A stretch of 31,017 nucleotides of DNA. Origin: a virus. Its lineage: Duplodnaviria; Caudoviricetes. The notes beneath the pieces were generated by a model. That model saw nothing but the letters and a program-made list of their open reading frames with translations. It was not told where the DNA came from and did not search any database. The position numbers and the translations under genes were made by a program. Positions within the stretch are counted from its first letter, which is position 1. Every line of letters begins with the position of its first letter. This document shows positions 26,000 through 31,017 of the stretch, piece after piece. The stretch spans positions 1 to 31,017 of IMG/VR virus record IMGVR_UViG_3300046488_000087; one strand, written 5' to 3'.

Positions 26000-26880
26000 T
26001 TTCTACTGTGACAACTTTTGGCGGGTTACTGTGACATCCAACTCAGAAAGTTAACAGAAACCGCAACAATTTGACATGGAGGTATCCGGCCTTTCCCGAG
26101 GTGTCCAGAAACCATTTATATATAGAAATGGGGAACGGAATGACCCGCTCACACTTTAACGGTGCATAATCTGACCCCGACCTACACTTTCACGGTGCTA
26201 ACGTTTTGCTGGGGTCAGCAAGGCGTGACGAGTTGTCATAACCCTTAAGATTTTCTGAAGTATTCGGTATTTCCTAAGAGATCGAACCGGCTACAATCCG
26301 TAGCCATTTTGCCGACGTGGACAAAATGGTGGACACCGCCCTGCAACTTGTAAGGATTACTTGTGAGTTCAAACCAAATGACACTATGATGTGCTGGTTT
26401 GATTGCCGAGGACGCACATCATAGTGTCATTTGGAGTGCAAGAAAGTCAGCAACTCACTTGCTAAAAAGTTGCGAGAACGTAGGGATTGTGTACATAAGC
26501 GAGGAAAAGTTGCCAGTATGTGCATTATTTGCACATCTGATCTGCATACGGTTGAGCGTATCTAATGCAAATCATAATAAGAATTCCACTATTATCGGAA
26601 AGTGGCAATTTGCAATAATAAGGACACGCACCCTTAACTCAATTCACGTTTGGTGTAACACGGTTCGTGTTATTCCGATAGAATAATTCCAAATGGATAA
26701 TTCCGCACTATGCCAAATGATTGTGCCAAACCCTTAAATAGGAAAACCGCATCATTGTTAACGATGCAGCAATATTTGCTTCAGTTTTAGGCAAGAACTT
26801 TAATAAAGATGGATTAAATCTCACTCCACCTGAGAGCCAACTGGAGTAGTATTGATGCAGCAGCTTGATACTCATGTTTG
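26000..26880. repeat. Non-coding array of many distinct palindromes (putative protein-binding-site array)
   Basis: About 15 different dyad-symmetric elements, e.g. 26112-26131, 26289-26305, 26304-26329, 26374-26434, 26518-26536, 26656-26672; no credible ORF. Confidence 0.75.
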
Positions 26881-26941
26881 GTGCTGGTATAAAATATCCG
26901 CTCTGCCTACGCTTTCGTCAACTAGCCGCCAAGGGGGATAT

Positions 26942-26975
26942 GAAAAGACCCCCAGTCACGGAACGGGCTGGGGGT
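26942..26975 (-). terminator. Intrinsic terminator ending minus-strand transcription
   Basis: Minus strand ACCCCCAG-cccgttccgtga-CTGGGGGT-CTTTTC. Confidence 0.7.
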
Positions 26976-27336
26976 ACGAGAGGCTACCGTATTCTAGCCT
27001 TATGGTCCTGGCTCCTTAGCCTGCCCCCGTAGAACTAATCTTGCGGGGTACGATTGTGCGGAACGGCCCTATTGAAAGCCGCTAAAGCCCCGAGACTGAC
27101 ATCTCGGTGTTGCCTCTCTGGGCAACGTGGTCACCGTGTTCTGACCCTATGGACCACACGTACGGAACTGGCTGGATTTGCCCCCCATTCTAACCCTCGG
27201 TAGGGAATACGGGTGCCAGGGTACTATTAGTGCTGGCTCGCTGGCCTGCCCCCGTAGGTCGAACCTTGCGGGGTACACATTTCAGAACCTGGCGCGTGCC
27301 CTTTGGCACGGCTTTAATCGCGAAGGCTAACCCTTC
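26942..27336 (-). ncRNA. Putative ~395 nt structured non-coding RNA of unknown class
   Basis: Bounded by a promoter (27343-27370) and a terminator; no ORF with an RBS; many hairpins; duplicated 44-nt domain with a compensatory base pair. Confidence 0.65.
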
Positions 27337-27342
27337 TATACT

Positions 27343-27370
27343 ATTATACGGGTTTTAGTGTTTCCTGCAA
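27343..27370 (-). promoter_or_regulatory. Sigma70-type promoter for the putative ncRNA
   Basis: Minus strand ACCCCTTGCAGGAA...CCGTATAATAGTA, matching 22501-22537. Confidence 0.75.
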
Positions 27371-27711
27371 GGGGTACACTGGCCCTTTTTCTTCTTTTTC
27401 TTCCGCTCCACCAATGCTTTGACCATTTGCTTGGATACCTGATAGTTGTTGTCCTCATCAAGCCCGCATCCCGTCAAGTATTGGAGACAGTGGAATAATT
27501 CATGGGCTATCGCCAGGCGAGTTCGGTACTGTGACATTTTCTCCATGATAAGAACCTCAACCGTTTGATAGCCCTTTGTTCCAGGGGGAACGTTGGTCAC
27601 TCCCTCTGGTGCTTTCCCGTCTGGTTCCTCCCCGACAGAACGGGGAACGTCCTTGTAAGCCTCTAAAAGCTTTGCGGGTACTTTCTCAACGGTTATCACC
27701 GTGTATTTCAT
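27355..27711 (-). CDS. Small HExxH zincin-like metallopeptidase domain protein
   Basis: RLAIAHELFHCLQ...DE motif (ImmA/IrrE-like pattern); poly-Lys tail; ATGA overlap with the upstream gene. Confidence 0.6.
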   Translation of the reverse strand: MKYTVITVEKVPAKLLEAYKDVPRSVGEEPDGKAPEGVTNVPPGTKGYQTVEVLIMEKMSQYRTRLAIAHELFHCLQYLTGCGLDEDNNYQVSKQMVKALVERKKKKKKGQCTPCRKH

Positions 27712-30700
27712 GGGGCCAGTTCCTCATAATTGCCCTTGGGCCGCCAACTGAAAGGCCCGAACTTCTTGATGCCGTAAGTCTCGGGGTTCTCCGCGATGGT
27801 CGCAAAGGTCATAATGATGTTGTCTGTCGCGGTAGTCATGTAGACCTTTGCGTCAGCAGGGTATGTCTTGGCGTTGTGAATGAGTTGTCCAATCGCACTA
27901 GCCCGCCCGTTGACAAAGTGCTTGAGCGCGGCGTTGCTCGACCTGCTGGTGGCATCTACGAGAGCGTAGAAGTCATCGACAGCGGCGTTGCTGCTTGTTG
28001 TGGGGTCTTTGACAATGAACCGCTTGGTGAGAGGGGAGGCTTGTGTAGACGTTCCCTGCCCCACCATGTCGAAGACGTACTGTACCTGCGAGGGAATGTC
28101 CGCTAAGAATGACCGCACCAGAAAGGCCGCTTGCCCCTCGTCCATTCCCGTCTTCATAAGGGCGGCTTCCAGTGGATTTGCGGGGGGTGTACCGACGGCT
28201 GCCGTTACTGCTGCCCCAGTAAAGAAGTTCAGGTTGTACCTATATTGCAGGAAGATATTGAGGGCGGGGGGAAGGAAGAAGTTTTCCGGCCCAGGAAGAA
28301 CCGAGACCGCCTGCCTCGCAATGTCCAGTGGGTCACCCTTGTAGCCGAGTACGTAGTCTGTTGCGGCCTTGATGGGCTGGAACCCAATGGGAACGGGGAG
28401 TTTCACCCACCCGCCCGAAGGGGTCGGAAAGTAGAAGTACGAAGCGCGGTCGCGCAGGAGCTTGTACTCTTTCTCTTTCCCAGCCTCTTTGATGGCGAGG
28501 GCACTGACAAGGGCAAAGATAATCGTGGCAAGATTACGCCCCGCCAGTTTCTCGGCTCCCTGTTTTCTAGAGAAGGTTCCGCCCTTGTCCCCGATGGGAA
28601 GTCCGAAGAAGGTGTTACGATAGGCCACCCTCATAACGGCGATTGTTGCTCGCGTAAAAGGAATACAACTGGGGATGAAGTCATTGAAGAACGTGCCGTG
28701 CAGAGCAAAGAAACCAGTGGAGGCAAAGTAGCCGTGGAGCTGGTCTAAATATGTTCCGCCTCGGTCAAGGATGCTCTCCGCAATGACGGAGCGGGTAAGT
28801 GATTCCCCGATTTCGTTGGGGTAGGTTATGATAGATGTAATGGTCTTCAGCGCCTCGATTGCCCTTGTTCCTTTCGACATCATCGGGTCGCGGTAGGAGT
28901 CAAACCACTGGGACAATCCTGGACTCTTGAACGCCCGAATCGTGCCCTTGACTAAGCCCTTTGGAGTAAAGGGAACCGTCCCCACCCCCTGTATGCTATC
29001 TCGCATAATATTATAGAGACCGAATGCGGGGTTGAGACCTGTAGCAAAAAGACGAAGTGCGGTTGTCGGAGATTTGACTAGCCACTTTTCCCATGTTGGA
29101 ACTTCTGGCTTGGCAAGGGTCAGGTTGTGAACCGACTTGGTGACGTTCGTGTCGTGGACGTCGTAAGCCCTGTCTACCCCGTTTTCTTTCAGGTGGACGA
29201 CGCTGTCGGAAAGGACGGTCGTTGCCACCTCGGAGTTCTTGTTTGACCTTACTGCCTCCCGCTTGGCATTGTTGATACCCTGCGCTCTGATGGCGTCACG
29301 ATAGACCGCCAATAATCCAGGAAGCGGTTCAACAACCTTATCAAGTTCGGTCAGGCCGTGGGTACGTTCCAGCGGGGCAACGCCACCACGGTCAAAGATG
29401 TCCGTTCTTCCTGCCGAAAGGGAGACATAATAGTTAGGATGCGCCTTTTCATTGGCATAGGTTTCAGGTGAGAGGAATTGCCTGTAGAACTCTGGGAGGA
29501 GTGCGTTAGCTTTTCCAAGCTCTTGCGCTGCGGCCATGTAATCCACGAACAACTGCGGCTCGTTCTTCTGAAAGTTGACCAAGCTCATTCTCGCGTCGTC
29601 GATGTGCTGTTGCGCGAGCTTCATCTTGTCGGGGTCGAGTCCTGCGGTTGCCTCAATGGGAATACCCGCCCGCTGCAAGTGCTGGAGAAACTTGCCGTAG
29701 TTGGGGCCGTACTGTTTAAGCTGGCGGTTCAAGATGGCGGGGGCAAACTCTCCCTCAACGGGAACCTTGTTGCCGGTCTCGTCAATGTAGAAGGGGTGAG
29801 CGTATTCCTCTCGCAACACCTCGTCGGCCTCAATCGCCATTGTCATCCATTCCGCTCCGGCGGGAGTTTTCATCAACCCGTCGAACTGGTTTTCATACCG
29901 GCGGACTTGAAGGTCTCTCCCCTCCTTGAACTTAGCCATGCCGGAAAGGCTAGTGTCCTTCGTTCCGGCGGTATTCTGAATGTAGTTGTCAAACCCCTTG
30001 CCTGTATTGCTAACACTTTTTAACACGGCGGGGCTAGTAACGCTAGTAGTACCGTTTAGTTCTATCGTAGAATAGTCAATGAGGCCGTGCGCGGGAGAGG
30101 CGTTTCCGAGTGAGGGGGCCGCCGCTGGCGCAGAGGTCGAAGTCAAGAATGAAGCAGGGACACTGGCGGGGTTTGCAATCTCGCCATGTGCCACCACCTG
30201 TTCTTCCACCTTGCCGTCATATACCGCCTTATTGTTGTTGATGGTCTCCTGCGCCCGACCGATGGCGTCCTTGACCGTGGCACCCTGACCGATAAGATTG
30301 CCAGAGCGTGCTTCGATGACAGAGAAAGGACGAGATGTAGCAAGACTTGCCGAGTGATTTGCAAGGCCCTCTGCTTTTGCTTCCTCTTCCGTCAACCGTG
30401 TCAGATAATAGGTATGGGAATCTCCCTTGAGTTCCAGTCGCTTTCCTGTCTCTGGAATAAATGGGCCAGCAATTCCTTTCTCTGCTGCCGTCGTCGGAGA
30501 ATAAGCACGGACACTTTCGGTTCCAGAGGCAAGCCGATAAGTCATAGGGGTTTTAATTGTTGCTACATCCCCTCCGCCTACCCCGTCTGTCCTGCGAGAA
30601 CCTACCGCGTCTATCCACTTGCCCCATTTTGCCACACTAGCCCCTGTTTTGGCTTCCCCTTGAGGGGAAACGGGGGGAGACGTACTAATACTGGTCTTTT

Positions 30701-31017
30701 GATTTAAGATTGTCGTGGCGGTGCCAATTTGAGGGGTAGTTGATAAGGGGGGGGAAACGGAGGGCGGAATCGGGGCAATTTGGACGGCAGGTGTTTCCAT
30801 TTTGGAAATAGTTGGGGCGGGTTGTGTTACCTCCCCCAGCAGTTTATTCCCCTCAATACCATACCACTCTTTCAGCTGGGGTTTGTCTACCCCCATCGCT
30901 TCAAGCGGGGTAGTGCCATTCGTAAACATCACTACCCGCCGTTTGGTGTCCAAGACAACATTCGTGGCGGTGGGGTGCTGAACCTGAACGGATTTCAGAT
31001 CCACCTTCGCCGTGACA
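27708..31017 (-). CDS. Large internal virion / DNA-ejection-type protein with LPD38-like C-terminal region, 5'-truncated
   Basis: Over 1098 aa; the frame stays open to the window end. C-terminal motifs ATGLNPAFGLYNIMRD, IPFTRATI and YFPTPSGGWVKLPVPIG resemble those of large podovirus core/polyvalent proteins (from recall). Confidence 0.65.
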   Translation of the reverse strand, partial: VTAKVDLKSVQVQHPTATNVVLDTKRRVVMFTNGTTPLEAMGVDKPQLKEWYGIEGNKLLGEVTQPAPTISKMETPAVQIAPIPPSVSPPLSTTPQIGTATTILNQKTSISTSPPVSPQGEAKTGASVAKWGKWIDAVGSRRTDGVGGGDVATIKTPMTYRLASGTESVRAYSPTTAAEKGIAGPFIPETGKRLELKGDSHTYYLTRLTEEEAKAEGLANHSASLATSRPFSVIEARSGNLIGQGATVKDAIGRAQETINNNKAVYDGKVEEQVVAHGEIANPASVPASFLTSTSAPAAAPSLGNASPAHGLIDYSTIELNGTTSVTSPAVLKSVSNTGKGFDNYIQNTAGTKDTSLSGMAKFKEGRDLQVRRYENQFDGLMKTPAGAEWMTMAIEADEVLREEYAHPFYIDETGNKVPVEGEFAPAILNRQLKQYGPNYGKFLQHLQRAGIPIEATAGLDPDKMKLAQQHIDDARMSLVNFQKNEPQLFVDYMAAAQELGKANALLPEFYRQFLSPETYANEKAHPNYYVSLSAGRTDIFDRGGVAPLERTHGLTELDKVVEPLPGLLAVYRDAIRAQGINNAKREAVRSNKNSEVATTVLSDSVVHLKENGVDRAYDVHDTNVTKSVHNLTLAKPEVPTWEKWLVKSPTTALRLFATGLNPAFGLYNIMRDSIQGVGTVPFTPKGLVKGTIRAFKSPGLSQWFDSYRDPMMSKGTRAIEALKTITSIITYPNEIGESLTRSVIAESILDRGGTYLDQLHGYFASTGFFALHGTFFNDFIPSCIPFTRATIAVMRVAYRNTFFGLPIGDKGGTFSRKQGAEKLAGRNLATIIFALVSALAIKEAGKEKEYKLLRDRASYFYFPTPSGGWVKLPVPIGFQPIKAATDYVLGYKGDPLDIARQAVSVLPGPENFFLPPALNIFLQYRYNLNFFTGAAVTAAVGTPPANPLEAALMKTGMDEGQAAFLVRSFLADIPSQVQYVFDMVGQGTSTQASPLTKRFIVKDPTTSSNAAVDDFYALVDATSRSSNAALKHFVNGRASAIGQLIHNAKTYPADAKVYMTTATDNIIMTFATIAENPETYGIKKFGPFSWRPKGNYEELAP

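Noticed and set aside
26570-26605. dif-like Xer site (ACTTTCCGATAA on the minus strand)
   Set aside because: No XerD-type arm at the required 6-bp spacing; better explained as one of the dyads.
26399-26686. 95-aa ORF inside the palindrome array
   Set aside because: TTG start without an RBS, atypical composition, and downstream of a terminator.
27242-27276. tRNA or tmRNA suggested by GGTTCGA and a ...GGCCA end on the minus strand
   Set aside because: No acceptor, D or anticodon arms can be built, and the second copy of the domain lacks the T-loop sequence.
27008-27276. Mini CRISPR array
   Set aside because: Only two copies about 180 nt apart, with internal loop variation. The Cas4-like gene is a common phage exonuclease and no other cas genes are present.
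1-31017. Alternative genetic code, introns/inteins, integrase or DNA polymerase
   Set aside because: Core genes are intact in the standard code with normal lengths, and no such motifs were seen. They could lie outside the window.

Overview
The window is most of a tailed dsDNA phage genome with a podovirus-like gene set. The minus-strand late block (1-8463) holds terS, terL, a P22-like portal, scaffold, major capsid, head accessory genes and a truncated tail-fibre gene. A strand-switch region follows at 8464-9340. The plus-strand early/replication block (9343-25969) has many small ORFs, a TOPRIM primase, a DnaB-like helicase, a metallophosphoesterase, a resolvase-like nuclease and a Cas4/RecB-like nuclease. 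A second minus-strand block (27355-end) has an HExxH protein and a very large internal-virion-type protein, and is probably the same late operon wrapping round a circular map. No integrase, DNA polymerase, tRNA or CRISPR array was seen. The most unusual items are: (1) a ~900 bp apparently non-coding tract between two convergent terminators, packed with about 15 different palindromes, several resembling self-operators of DinD/RhuM/Bro-N-type proteins, a candidate DNA decoy array; (2) an adjacent ~395 nt promoter-to-terminator structured RNA with a duplicated 44-nt domain; (3) a hammerhead ribozyme among RNase III-like hairpins in the early operon; (4) a stand-alone NrdD glycyl-radical domain between terL and portal. 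All calls come from reading the sequence and recalled family motifs; no searches were run.
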